DNA of 45,851 bases from Chlorokybus atmophyticus (taxonomy: Eukaryota; Plantae; Mesostigma and Chlorokybus algae), in the NCBI GenBank assembly GCA_009103225.1, contig RHPI01002990.1:1-45851 (forward strand). The letters are read 5' to 3'. The notes below the pieces were generated by a model. The model was not told the origin of the DNA, ran no database searches, and saw only the letters and a program-made list of their open reading frames with translations. Positions 15,295 to 27,759 of this stretch are shown here, piece by piece. The position numbers and the translations under genes were made by a program. Numbering within the stretch: the first letter of the stretch is position 1; every line of letters starts with the position of its first letter.

Positions 15295-15511
15295 TGAGGG
15301 TCACGCTGTTTTAAACAGATGCAAGAAAAGCCATGCTTGCTAAACATGCTTCTGCAGCATGCTGTAGCATGTCAGTAAAAGTAAATAACAACGCATCTCT
15401 CATAGCAATAAGTGCTCATTAGAGCTTGTTCGTTGCTATGTAACACGGACATGTGCGGTTAATCCCCACCATAATGTACATGCTGTGCTGTAGGACACAC
15501 GGCAAGCCACA
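15295..15511 (-). repeat. Start of the putative 3' LTR of the PHD-bearing gypsy element (direct repeat copy B)
   Basis: On the minus strand, a purine tract (agaagctcagggga) is followed by TGTGGC at 15511, ~35 bp after the end of the PHD ORF. The far end of the LTR was not identified. Confidence 0.5.
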
Positions 15512-15547
15512 TCCCCTGAGCTTCTAGGAAGGTTCCGACTTTGGAGC

Positions 15548-16781
15548 TCATTTCTTAATGCAAGTGCGGAGGTCTATTATTGCGGCAATCATTGCACCAA
15601 TACTCCTCCATGGCATTGCATGTAACGGGGGCTGCAGGCAGTAGCAGTGCAAGCCCTTGTTGCAGCCATCGCAAAGCATCATTAAAGGGTCATCATTGGC
15701 ACTGCCACAGCGCTCGCAATGCGTGCTACGAGGGGGCAAGGGTGCTTGATGCGCCCGAAGCCAGCTACGTAAGGGAGGTGACATGGCGCGCGGTCCACCA
15801 TGTTGTCCTTCAACTTTTTGCCGGTCTGGCTGACGAAGTCCAACACTCTTGTGGGGTACACCTTAGGTACCTTGTATACAGTGCGGCTGAAGGAGGTGTC
15901 CAATGTGTCTTTTGTAGCTGCTATGCGATAGGCAAAGTCTCCTGCTTGGATCGACATTGCCGCTCTATGTAGAAACCACTGCGCACGCGCTCGTAGTGCA
16001 GCGTGTCGTGATGCTGCACGATGCGCAAATTGTTAAAGCCCATGGTGACGGTGCGCTCAAATAGCATTGCGTGCGTGGCGATGTCGTGGTGCATCCAGTC
16101 GGGGTCACCGAGGTTGTTCACCACACGATCCACCTCCTGCTGTGCGTGGAAAGAAAGCAGCGGCAGTCGCCCGACACCGAGTAGTACAGACTGTACTCGC
16201 GCAGGGCTGCTTGCTTGGACAGTTGATGCATAAGCCCCACCCAGGGGAGGTGGTCATCTCGGGTGTTCTTCTCATACTCCGGTACATATTTGCGGAGTGC
16301 TTTCTTAATGGTCTGCATTGTGCACTCGGCGAGGACATCGGCTTGAGGGTGGTCACGCAAGGTACGCCAATGTAGCACCTGTTCAAGAGGGTGTCGAATT
16401 CCCCTCTGAACTCGGTGCCTTGGTCGATGATGACCTCAGCGCAGCTGCCGAACCGGCTGAGGACATGAGAGAGGAAGGCTTGAGACACCCCCCTACTGCT
16501 CTTGTCGGGTAGTGGCACCAGCTCCACCCACTTGGAGAAGTGGTCGATCATTACATTAGAATATAGCAATTGTTGCGTGCTAAGGGTGCCAAGCCTCCCA
16601 AGATGTCGAGCCCCCATTGGTTGAAGAGGCCGGAGATGGGAAGAGGGTGCAATGTGGCATTGCGTGTGTTGAGGCTGGCGCGCACCATGTCACACTGTTG
16701 GCAATGACTTACGGACTCTCAAACCTACTTGGACAACCCATGCCACCAATATTGTGCCCTCTCTAAGCTAACTGTACGCTT
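15548..16781 (-). mobile_element. Degenerate Ty3/gypsy integrase with C-terminal PHD finger
   Basis: Zinc-binding remnant KRTVSLERAQYWWHGL...CQQCD; LHPLPISGLFNQWGLDILG; core DHFSKWVELVPL...IIDQGTEFRGEF; HPQADVLAE..MQTIKKALRKY; a GPY/F-like region (AGDFAYR...APCHLP); then PHD CERC...LCDGCNKGLHCYC...(frameshift)YWCNDC. Several stops and frameshifts. Confidence 0.88.
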
Positions 16782-17088
16782 TGTTAACTTACGATGATGC
16801 ATGCAACTATGCACAACAAGCATACACAGCATAATTGCAGGAACGGAGCTACAGCGCCGACGAAGTGATTAGAGAAGTGAACTTACTTAGTAATAACTGC
16901 GGCCTGTCGGCTCTAAGCCCTTAGTCTAGGTCCTAGCAAAGACCAAATCAGACAATACTAGTCCTAACTACCTGCAGCCTATACATACAGCTGCAGTCTA
17001 TGTGTAGCTTATCAAGTACAAGCTTAATAAGGGCTAGCTAAGCTGACTAGACAATAGCACATAAGTGTCATATGCTATATATGTATAG

Positions 17089-20000
17089 TGTTGAGAGTAG
17101 ATCATGTCACATATGGTTTATGACTCTCGTGACTTGTATGCAATCAGCTTGTCTATTAAGACTCTGAGTAGCTTATCTAGTAACATTAGATAAGCTACTC
17201 AATACTGCAATTGTATATAGGCTGCAGGCAATTGGGACTGGCACAATCCTTTTGGTCTTTCTAGTAAGACCCAAGTCAGGGCCCAGTGCCGATGCAGCCA
17301 GCGTTCTATCAGTATAGTCTACTCTTGAGTCAGTTCCGGTGGTGTAGCTTGCACAAGCTCAACCATTGCGTGTGTATGTTGTATGCTGTGCATGGTTGCA
17401 TGCAATAGCTCCAGTTAATAGGTTATGAGCCCACACCCATGCTAGAGCTGTGTGTAGCTTGAGACAGTGATTGTCCTCTGTGTTGGACGTTGTTGAAACG
17501 TTGCTGGTTATTGGAGCTGTTTTAAAAGGGTAGGCAAACGGGCAAGAGGTCTGCTGGAAGTTTGCTGAAGGTTGAGCGGCTTGGAGAATTCAATGGCAAC
17601 TATAATGGATACAGAGAAGGAGAAGTATACCATCAAACCCCTTGGAGATGACAATCACGCCAGCTGGAGCTTTGAGATAAAGATGAAGCTTACAAAGATT
17701 CCTGGGACTACGTTGACCCAAAGCCAAGTGTACCAGTTGGGAATGAGTCTGCTTGGCAGAAGAAGAGTATGCGTGCTTTGGCTTTGATGTGCATGCATGT
17801 TGAGCCGTTTCATAGGCCAATGTTGCAGTTATGTTTTGATGCCAAAGCAGCATGGGAAGCATTGAAAAATCCGTTTGCCACACGCTCTATTGGTCGGAGG
17901 ATTGAGTCTCAAGCAAGCATTCAATAATATGAGAAAGCTAGAGTTCACAAATAGTTACAAAGTATATAGGACGTGCACAACAGCTCAAGGATGAATTGAC
18001 CTCTATTGGAGAGACTGTCTACGAGGAGGATCTGTGTCTGAGTGTGCTGTCTGGGCTGCCTAGAGAGTATGAAGTTGTGATCATCATGCTGGAAGGAAGG
18101 AGTGCATTATCAAGGTTGAAACTGTGTGAGATTCTACCTGTGTTGCTGAAGAGTCCAGGATCAGGAGCAACGATGCTGATGGTGATGCCAGTGCCTATGC
18201 AGCAGGATGGAGGATTAGTGGAGATGCAACTAGCAGCAAGGGCAACTCCATCAACAACAACTATAGTGGCATCAGTGGTGGTGGCAAGGGAGAACAAAAG
18301 ATGAAGAAGCTCTTTAAAGGCTAGTGTTACCAGTGCAAGCAGGAAGGTCATTTGAAGAGGACTTGTCCGCAGCTCAAGGAGGAGAAGGCTGAAAGGGCAA
18401 TACTTCTAGAGGGCAATACAATGGTGGTGGTGGAGGTGCAATTCCTTCACAGCATTCACAAGCAGATAATGTCCGGGTGGGTGTTCAATGTTGGCTGTAC
18501 TTAGCATCTGACTTTTGATGCTGATCTACTTCACGAGTACAAGGCTCGAGTGACAACTCGCACAGTGGAAGCCTTGGGACATATTTTGGATGTGAAGGTT
18601 ACAGGCAGTGCTGTGCTTTAGTGCAAGGTTGGAGAAGGTGTACAAAGGGTGGAGTTGAAGTTAGTCTATGTATCTAGTGTACAAGCCGCTTTCTTGTTCT
18701 CTGAAGGCATGTGCCAAACTATTTGGAGAATGAGACAAGTGCTGGTTGCAGTTCGATGGCAAGCTCTGCTTGACTGCAATGGAACAGCCTGGAGGTCTCC
18801 ATAAGATAGAAGAGGCAAAGACTAAAACTGCGTTGGTGGCTACAACGGCAGAATCAATTGAGCTATGCCATTGAGGATGTGGTCATCTGGGCTATGACAA
18901 CCTCAAGAGGCCGGTTGCTGAAGATTTTGTCAAAGGCATCAATCTGACTAAGCAGCAGGTCAAGGAAGACAGGGGAGTGTTGTGTGAGCCATGTGTGTTG
19001 TTTAAGATGCATAGGCAGCCCTTTCCAAGTTCAGAGAATGTTAGCGGGACGTGGGACAGCTAGTGCACACAAATGTGTGTGGTCCACTGTCTGAGAAGTT
19101 AACGGGGGGAGCTGCGTACATTGTCACCTTTCTTGACAACTTCTCAAAGCTGTCCATTGTACGTCCTGTACAATTGAAGTCTGATATACTAGCTGTGGTG
19201 AAGGAGGTATTCCATTGGATGAAGACGCAATCAGGGCACAATGTGAAGATAGTGCAGTGACAGGGGAGGAGAATTTTTGAATAAGGAGTTGGCATCCTTC
19301 TGATCTGCACAAGGCATTGTTCATAGTCAATTGCTCCTTACACTCCGCAGCAAAATGGCGCAGCGGAGAGGCTCAACTTGACTTGTTGGAGAGAGTAAGA
19401 GCGATGATCACTCATGTTAAGCTGGAGTATTGATGGTAAGCAGAGGCGGTCTTGACAGCCAACTACCTCAGGAACAGATCACATGTACGTGCTCTGGCAA
19501 AAACTCCGTGGAGCTGTTTCATAAGCAGGCTTTTGATGTAAGCAATATGCGGGTGTTTGACTGCACTGCGTATGCTGGTACCCAAGCAAAAAAGGAAAGA
19601 GCTGGATCCTGGTAGCCAGAAGGGTATTTTTCTTGGGTCTAAACCAGACTCAAAGGCATATTAAGTGTTGGTGGACTAGACCAAAAGATCATCAACATTA
19701 GAGATGTTGTCTTCCATGAAGGCGTGGGAGCACAGCAGCAGAAGAGCCCTGATCACAGTGACAATCCTGGTGATGAGGATAGGAGCTCTTGGGATAAAGA
19801 TGAAGGTCAGCATTGCCCTGTATACAGCACTGAAGACACTATGCCTTACTGGGTAGAAGGAAAGGGAGCTCAACCCTAGAAGAAGGAGCAGTGCTGCAGC
19901 GGGTGGTGGACAGAGACATTATCAGCAGCATAGTCAGCAACAAAGTAGCCGGCGAGCATATCCATGGCGTGAGAAGAGCTAGTCTGATTGGTTTTATGTG

Positions 20001-21974
20001 CAGCCAGTTCTGGCAAGTTTCGGTGTACAAGAAACGGAGCCTGCAACGTATAAAGAAGCACTGTGAGCAGCTAATTCATAGCAATGGCGCCAGGCAATGG
20101 ATGAAGAAGTTGCGTTGCTGCATGCCAACGGTACTTCAGAGCTGGAGGTTTCGCCCACTTGAACAAAGCCCATCCCTGCCAAGTGGGTGTATAAGGTGAA
20201 GAGAGATGGTCATGGCAGCATTGAGAGATACAAGGCTAGGCTCGTTGCCAAGGGAATTTTGCAACAGCCAGGATTTGACTTCAGTGAAGTATATGCTCCA
20301 GCTGGGAAGTTGGCAACTTTCACAGCTATTGTGGCAGGTGTTGCTATGGACAACCTAGAGTTTCATCACCTTAATATCCAGACAACCTTTCTGTAAGGTG
20401 AGCTGGAGGAGGAGATCTACATTTAGCTACCAAAAGGGAATCAGAAGGGACCACCCGGTACTGCATGCATGCTGGTCAAGGCATTGTACAGGCTGAAGCA
20501 AGCACCAAGAGTGTGGCATCTGAGACTTTACCAGTAGCTGACGAAACAAGGCTTCACTGCAAGTCTAGCTGATCCTAGCTTGTTCTATCATGAGAACAAG
20601 AGGATGTGGTTGTCGGAAGACATTCTGATCGCGGAAGCAGGAATTGACAAATGTTCAGCGAGTGAAGACTCAGCTGAAGGCTGCATTTGAGTGCAGAGAC
20701 CTAAGCGAGATCACATACTTCCTCTGTATGGTTGTCACAAGGAATAGGGCTTCTGCAATCATCCGCATCGCTTAAGAGCGGATGGTGAAGCAGTTGGTGG
20801 CAAGGTTGGATTTGAGTAACGCCAATATGAGAGAGGTACCCCTGAGCGTGGGAGCTCAGTTGGTCAGAGCCGGAGACAGTGATGAGGAATTAGACAAGCA
20901 GAGGTATCCCTACTGTGAGCTTGTTGGAAGTCTTCTCCACTTGTCAGTGGCATCAAGACCAAACACTACACATGCTGTGGGACAGTTAGCACGCTACATG
21001 TCAGCCCCCCCCCAAATGATGCAGCATTAGTTGGCAGCAAAGGGAGTGCTGCGCAATCTGTCAACAACAGCAGCAATGGGCATCAAGTATGCCCAGGACA
21101 GCGTAGAATCGCAGGGCTACTGTGATGCAGACTATGCTGGTGATGTTGATACACAGAGGTCAACTGCTGGCTATGTGTACAAGCTTGGTGATGGGGTGAT
21201 CAGCTGGAACAGCAAGTTGCAACCTACTGTGGCTACATCCCCTACAGAAGTAGAGTACATGGCATCTGCTTCAGCTGCAAAGGAAGCACTTTGGCTTAAG
21301 AAATTGATGACGAACCTTGGGCACCCTTTTGAAAAAAGAAAAGATCTACTGTGACAATCAGCGAGCTTTGAAATTATTGAAGAATCCAATCCTCTTAGCA
21401 AGGAGCAAGCACATTGATGTGTATCATCACTTTGTGAAAGACAGAATGACGAGCGGAGAGTTGGAGTTCAGTTATTGCAGGATTAAAGACATGCTGGCTG
21501 ACTTCATGACCAAGGCATTGTCTATTGCAAAGTCCAGAACATGCTGTAAAGGACTTGGCATCGAAGGTAAAGCGAAGGCTTGAAGACTTGAGCGAAAAGC
21601 TAGCCAAGCTGCGTGGAAGTGTTGAGAATTGATCATGTTATGTATGGTTTATGACTCTCATGACTTGTATGCAGTCAGCTTGTCTATTAGGATTCTGAGT
21701 AGCTTATTTAATGACATTTTATTAGCTACTACTCTATACTACTGCTGATTTATACTGCAGTTGTGTGTAGGCTACAGGCAGCTAGGACTGGCATAGTCCG
21801 GGGCTGGTCTTTTTGGTAAGACCCGAGTCAGGGCCCAGAGCCTATGCAGCCCGCGTCCTATCAGTACAGTCTACTCGCGAGTCAGTTTTGTGGCGGTGTA
21901 GCTTGCACAAGCTCAACCATTGCGTGTGTAAGTTGCATGCCGTGCATGGTTGCATGCAATAGCTCCAGTCAACA
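17089..21974 (+). mobile_element. Full-length but degenerate Ty1/copia element (Copia-A, hemivirus-type PBS)
   Basis: LTRs at 17089-17420 (tgttgag...ccagttaata) and 21620-21974 (tgttgag...ccagtcaaca); PBS ggttatgagccc at 17421-17432; PPT-like gctgcgtggaag; TSD tatag/tgtag. Coding remnants: gag (LGDDNHASWSFEIKMKL, LSGLPREYE), CCHC knuckle CYQCKQEGHLKRTC, integrase (VHTNVCGP), RT (YKARLVAKG, YAP), RNase H (GYCDADYAGD, IYCDNQ, KHIDVYHHF, LADFMTKAL). Many stops and frameshifts. Confidence 0.95.
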
Positions 21975-22884
21975 TGTAGACCACTTCAACTCGTGCTATC
22001 CTCCGCACTCCCACGCAAGCAGCTTGGCCAGCTCTGAATTTTGGAAACTTGGTCTTCATGTTGTCCTCACTGGCCTTGTTGAAGGTATTACATGGGTGAT
22101 GCTTGTATCCGGTCAGCTTGCCCTTTTTACAGGAGTCGAGGGTCGAAGGTACCAGGAAGAAGCGCGTGGACTCCAGACTTAGCAAGACGGTCGAGTCATG
22201 ACGGACTCCGGACCAGGCTGCTTGGGAGAAATTGCGTAGCTTCGTGGATACGTAAGCTTAGAAGGCGTGGCTCAGCTTGTTGGCAAGCTCTGGTTGTGAG
22301 CTAGACAGCTTAGCTTACAGAACAGCAATCGGCTGAGTATACCGCACGCGGTGCTTGCCAATGTAGACGTGTGTAGAGACTGGCGGGGTATAAAGCCCAG
22401 ACTTGTTGCAATGAAGATGAGGCGTCACAATGTAGCATGTGTGCGGATGCTATGGCGGCAGTGGCAGTCATGCTCTTGTGTTGATGTTGTTGGCGTGTCA
22501 CTTGCACGTCTGTATGTCAACAGGCCCGATGCTCAGTCCTTCAAAACAAGCCTTGAACTTTTTTACAGGCAGTGCCTTCGTCATGATATCAGCCAATGTC
22601 TCAGTGTTGCAGTAGATAAACTCAATGTAAATTGTCGCCACTTTGCCTCTCCCAAAGTGATGGTGCACATGTATGTGCTTGCTCCTACCGAGAGAAAAGG
22701 ATTCTTCGGCTTTTCTGCTCCTTGGCTGTCGCAGCACATCTCCACGCTTTCATTTGAATGACCAAGGTCTTCTAGCAATTTTTTTTTTTTTTTATAAAGC
22801 CACAATGCCTCATTTGCTGCTGCTGCGGAAGCCATATACCTTGCTTTTGTGGTGGAAGCGGCTACTTTTGTTACTTCCATATGT

Positions 22885-23290
22885 CTGGTGATTGCCAGTC
22901 GCACCATGCACGGTCCATGGATACGGATCGGAAGTCTTTGTTTAAACTGACATATTTCAAACCATTTATGGTGCCAGTCTGATCGACAGTCGCACCATGC
23001 ACGATCCATGGATATGAACGTTGTTGTGCATATATGGTCCTCAAGCGGTACCATGCATGGTTCTAACAGACAACGCACCATACATGGTCTGATTGACAGT
23101 TGCACCATGCATGGTCTATCGTAATGTCACAACTATTGAAGCCATGCATGATCCACAAGCGGCACCATGTCTGGTCATAACAGACAACGCACCACATGGT
23201 CTGATTGACAGTCGCACCATGCATGGTCTGTCATAATGTCACATCCATTGAATCTATGCATGGTCTTAGCACTGGTGCCTGCACCGTGCC
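22885..23290. repeat. Minisatellite-like array built on (c)gcaccatgcatggtc, interrupting the Copia-B RT/RNase H region
   Basis: About ten variants of gcaccatgca(c/t)ggtc(c/t) separated by variable spacers (gattgacagt, aacagacaac). Confidence 0.8.
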
Positions 23291-26200
23291 TGGTGCATAC
23301 AATCCAACACGCATGCAATTCACGAAGTTGCTGTAATTTACTATCACACAACAGCCCATCAGTGACAAGCCAGTGAGGCTGTAGCTACAGTCTCCTTCAG
23401 CACTTCACGCTGCGGTTACAGGAGGTAACAGGAGCAGCTAACAACATCAGTCTGTTGTGTTGCCAGCACCTTCGCTTGGAAGCCAGACTTGTGCTTTCCC
23501 TGGTTGATTCAGCCCCAATGTGAAGACATCCACGACAGCCTTGCTCGACAGCATCTCTTGCAAACACTCAGCGCATGCTTGTTGAGCTCCGCACAACAAC
23601 TGTACTGTCACGTGCTTACACAAACAGTAACTTGACCATATCATAGGAAACCACCCATCTAGGAGGATGACGCGGGCTGTCACATCCACTGCCTCTTGGG
23701 TTGGCATGGCTTAGTTAAAGGCCCCTTGTCCACCTCTTCATCACTATCAAGTGCTCTCACCAACTGAACTCCCATGCTAAATGGCACCTCTGTGCACATT
23801 GGCATTGTTAAGACTAAACTTTGGCACAAACTGCTTCACCACTTGCTGTTGAGTAACCGTGATGATTCTAGCAGCTCTGTCTATGGTGAAAACCAAACAC
23901 ATGAAGTATGTTGTCTCGCATAAGTCTCTGCACTTAAACAAAGCCTGCATCTGAGTCTTCACTCGCTGCACCTTTGACATTTCTAGCGCTGCCATCACAA
24001 TGTCGCCCACGTATACCAACAACCACGCTTGCTTGCTCTCGTGGTACAACAAGCTTAGATCTGCTAAACTTGATGTGGTCCCTGCTTTTAGAGCACCTTG
24101 CACATTCTTGCATGCCACACTCGTGGTGCCTGCCTCAAGCCATACAGTGCCTGTTCCGACCTGCATGTACCAGGTGGCCCCAATCAATACCCCTGTCATT
24201 GCTGAATGCATATTTTTTCTTCTTGCTCCTCATATAGAACTGCTGTTTTTACATCCAAGTAATGGAACTCCAGGTCGTCTGCTAACACAATTGCCACCAT
24301 AGCTTGGAAGGTTGCCTAATTCCTCGCAGGTGCAAACACCTTATTCAAGTCCACTCCTTCTTACGGAAACCCCTTGGCAACCAATCTAGCTTTGTGTGTG
24401 TACCTCTCAATGTTGCCGTCCCTCTTCACCTTGAACACCCATTAGACAACAATAGGCTTGACCCCTGCAGGTGGAACTTCAAGTTTCCATGTTGCATTGG
24501 CATGCAGCGAGGTTATCTTCATCCACTGCCTGACGCCAAATGTCTGCATCGGTCCTTTGGAGTGTTTCATATGTCGCTGGCTCCACATCCTGTGATTCAG
24601 AGCACGCCATATAGCAAAACTCTTCCTGGAAACGTATAGTCCCAATACGCTCAGGATAATGCCCCGTGCTTTGCTGCTGATTTTGTTGCTGCTGTTGACT
24701 CTTCTCATCTTTGCGCGCAGCGCTGCTCACCTTTCTAGCGTCGAGCTCCCTTCCAGATTAGAAACCACTGTCTATTAGATACAAAAAAATTGTTGCTGTG
24801 CTGCACTCGGGCTGTTGTTGCTCATCATCAGTGTCTGCTGTGATGGATCACTGTTACTGATCTCCTGCAGCTGCTGTGCTCTCACGTCTTCATGGAATAC
24901 AACTTCTCTGCTAATCACAATTTTCAAAGTATCCTTCAGCAGCACCCTGTAAGCCTTGACGTTATGCTCATAGCCAAGGAAGACATCTTTCTTGCCGGGT
25001 CCAGCTTCTCTCTTTGCTGCTTGAGTGTCAACACATATGCGGTACAACCAAACACTCACATGTTGCTGACGTGGAGCCTTCAGGAAGAATAGCTCCCAGG
25101 AAGTCTTTGCTCGAGCACGCACCGGTTATCTATTCCTAATATCGGTAGCTGTTACGACTGCCTCTGGCCACCAGTAAAACTTCAGCTTTGCATTACTCAG
25201 CATAGCACAAACTTCTCTCATCAAATTCAGATTTAGCCGTTCCGCTGCACCATTTGCTGCGGAGTGTATGGGCTGTTATCGGATGCACAATGCCTTGTGA
25301 CAAGAAGGAAGACAGATGTTTATTTAGACACTCCCCTCCTCCGTCGCTTTAACTGTGTTTATCAGCCACATTCTTCAACTATATCACCACTTCCTTTACC
25401 ACAGATGGGACATCTGACTTGAGTTTTACAGGATGCACCAATGACAGCTTGAAGTAGTCATTAAAGAAGACGTTAATGTAAGATGCTCCCCCATTTGAAT
25501 GGCTGTGGTATCGGACCACACACATCTGTGTGCAATAACGGTCCAATGTGCTCGCTGATGCTCTTAAACTTCTAAGAAGTCTGTGTATGCATCATGGACA
25601 ACGCGCATGGCTCGCACAACACACCTTTCGCCTGCTTGATTTGCAACCTGCTCACATTGATGCCATTGACCAAATCGTCTGCCAAGCTATGAAGATTGTT
25701 GTACCCAAGGTGTTTAGATGTTCGATGCCAATGTTCAGTTGACTCAGGGACTGTCGCCACGAGTGCCTTGTTAGTCTCAGCTTCTTCTATAAGGTAGAGC
25801 CCGTTTGCTGTTCTCCTGCGATGTGACACATCTTGCCATCAATTCAAAGACGGACCTCTGCTCTATTTCAAAACAGATGAACTCCAACCTTCAACGCAAC
25901 CCTTATGGAGAAGAGGCTAGCTTGTGCACGTGGGACGTGAAGAACATTCTTTAGCTCCACCATGTACACACCTTCTCCCACCCATTGCATTAAGAAAGAA
26001 TTAGTGCCTGGCCCGTCATCGCTATCAAGAGGCTCCCACCCAACACCTCCAAAGTGCGGGGACTTGTTTAAAATTTGTAATTCCGCAGCCCAAAATTTAA
26101 AGTAAGAAGCTGCATACGCTAGAGTAGAACACCCACCCGGACATCTATCTTCCTGTGGATGCTTTGAAGGCAACCGCGCCTCCACCTCCTCCTTTTTGTC

Positions 26201-27759
26201 CACCATGTGAATTGCCCTTTGTTGCCTTGAGCTACTGGCAATCACTCTTCCGGTGTTCAACTTGGTCGCAATGGAAGTACTTCCCCTTAACAGGCTGCTT
26301 TTGCTTCTGCTAATCTACACCCTTGTTGCCAATGTTGTTATTACTTGTATCAGCTCCTTCAGATGATTGCGCTTGAGCAGCGAACGCACTGGACTCCCCA
26401 TTAGTCTCGTTGCCCTTGATCCTTGATTCTGCCTTCAACAAAGTGTGTGACATGGTGGTGATGGGGTGGGGGGTTGGGGTGGGGTAGTGCATGCCGTACT
26501 GACTGGCAGGCACGCACAATGTGTGTGGCTGTCAGTGTGTGAACTGCGGGATGAAGTGAAGGTGCCGCCGACCTTGAGTGTGAGGTGGGTGCTTGCGCGC
26601 GTGCGTGTGCACCATGATCAAAACTGAATTATCCTTTGGCTGTAGTGCATGTTCTCGTGGTGAATGTATATGTTTGTAACTATCTGCATGTGAGTGTGTG
26701 ACTGAGTTTGAGTGTCAGTGCCAGGGTGTGAACGACTGTGTGACTGTGATGACGCATGCGTGTGCCGTGGTGATCAGCGATGTGGTCTTGTACGAATGCG
26801 TCACACTGAATGACGCATATGTGACAATCTTGCCCAGCGAACCTTAATTATGGTGGCCGAGATGATGGCACCGGCATGCCTCCACCTATACCCATTAATA
26901 TGACAACGCTGGCTACATCCGCCACCCCATTGTTTGGTATCAGCAGCAAACGACCGCCACCATGTCGGTCTTCACCTCGGCCAGAGCTGAGCACCGAAGC
27001 TTTGGTTCAAAGAAACGCTTCAGTGTGCGCTGCTGCTGCTATGATCATCATACTACCTGCTAAGCTTGTGCATGCTGTCACAGAGCGGTAGGAGATGCAA
27101 ATGCAAGTATACAAGAGGTTGTATGCTACCCTTGTGCGTGCGTAGTATGCAACCATGTATCGTCGATGCAACCAATAAATGTGCTGGAGACTGCATGTTA
27201 TGCTATGCTTGCATGCCGTGCATCACTCAGTTTCCGCTGCTGTACTTGCAACTTGTAGCCCAGCAGCATGCTCCCATGCAGCAGGCGTGGTGTGTGGTAG
27301 CAATGCACGGCGGCCACTGTCAGCTTCTAGTCCTGGCAGATCCACGCCGGTTGTGTAATACTGGTATCAACTTCATACTTCATATCATCACCATGTTATC
27401 AACTTCATGTCATGTCCTGTCCTGCTGCGCCTGCGCCACCGGACCCAGTCACCATATGCGGCCACCATCATTTGATGCAATGCACGGTTCTACAAAGCAC
27501 CATATGTGTTCTGCACCGAGATTCCAATAAAGCAGCAAAAGCGCAATGTGCGTTATATCTAATGGCGCAGCCCCACCCTATCCTTGAAGTCCAAACCAAA
27601 ATATGCAATTGGCAGAATAATGGCTACGTACGTAATCGGCAACAGATGGCGGTTTGTATGACAACCCAACTACCTGGATCCTTCACAACCAAGGCGTCCA
27701 GTGCATGCTACACTCCACAACCACTCTGCCCCCGCAAACTAACTGGTTTGCAACTAGCG

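Larger units (their letters stand above)
16782..26460 (-). mobile_element. Degenerate Ty1/copia element (Copia-B), 5'-truncated, with its 3' LTR split by Copia-A
   Basis: Minus-strand remnants: gag end (TLLKAESRIK...SAFAAQ), protease end (VELKNVLHVP), GAG-pre-integrase (HWHRTSKHLGYNNL...LCEPC), integrase, RT (PATYE, KLEVPPAGVKPI, WLLVYVGDIV), RNase H (VAASTTKARYMA, SKHIHVHHHF, LADIMTKAL). The 3' LTR is 22007-21975 plus 17088-16782, ending ...gttaaCA, and is homologous to the Copia-A LTR. A PPT-like gcttgcgtgggag precedes it. No 5' LTR found. Confidence 0.85.

Noticed and set aside
26460-26490. G-rich tract ggggtggggggttggggtgggg at the Copia-B truncation point, considered as an interstitial telomere or healing scar
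   Set aside because: Only one TTGGGG-like unit and no TTAGGG. Indistinguishable from a simple G-rich low-complexity tract.
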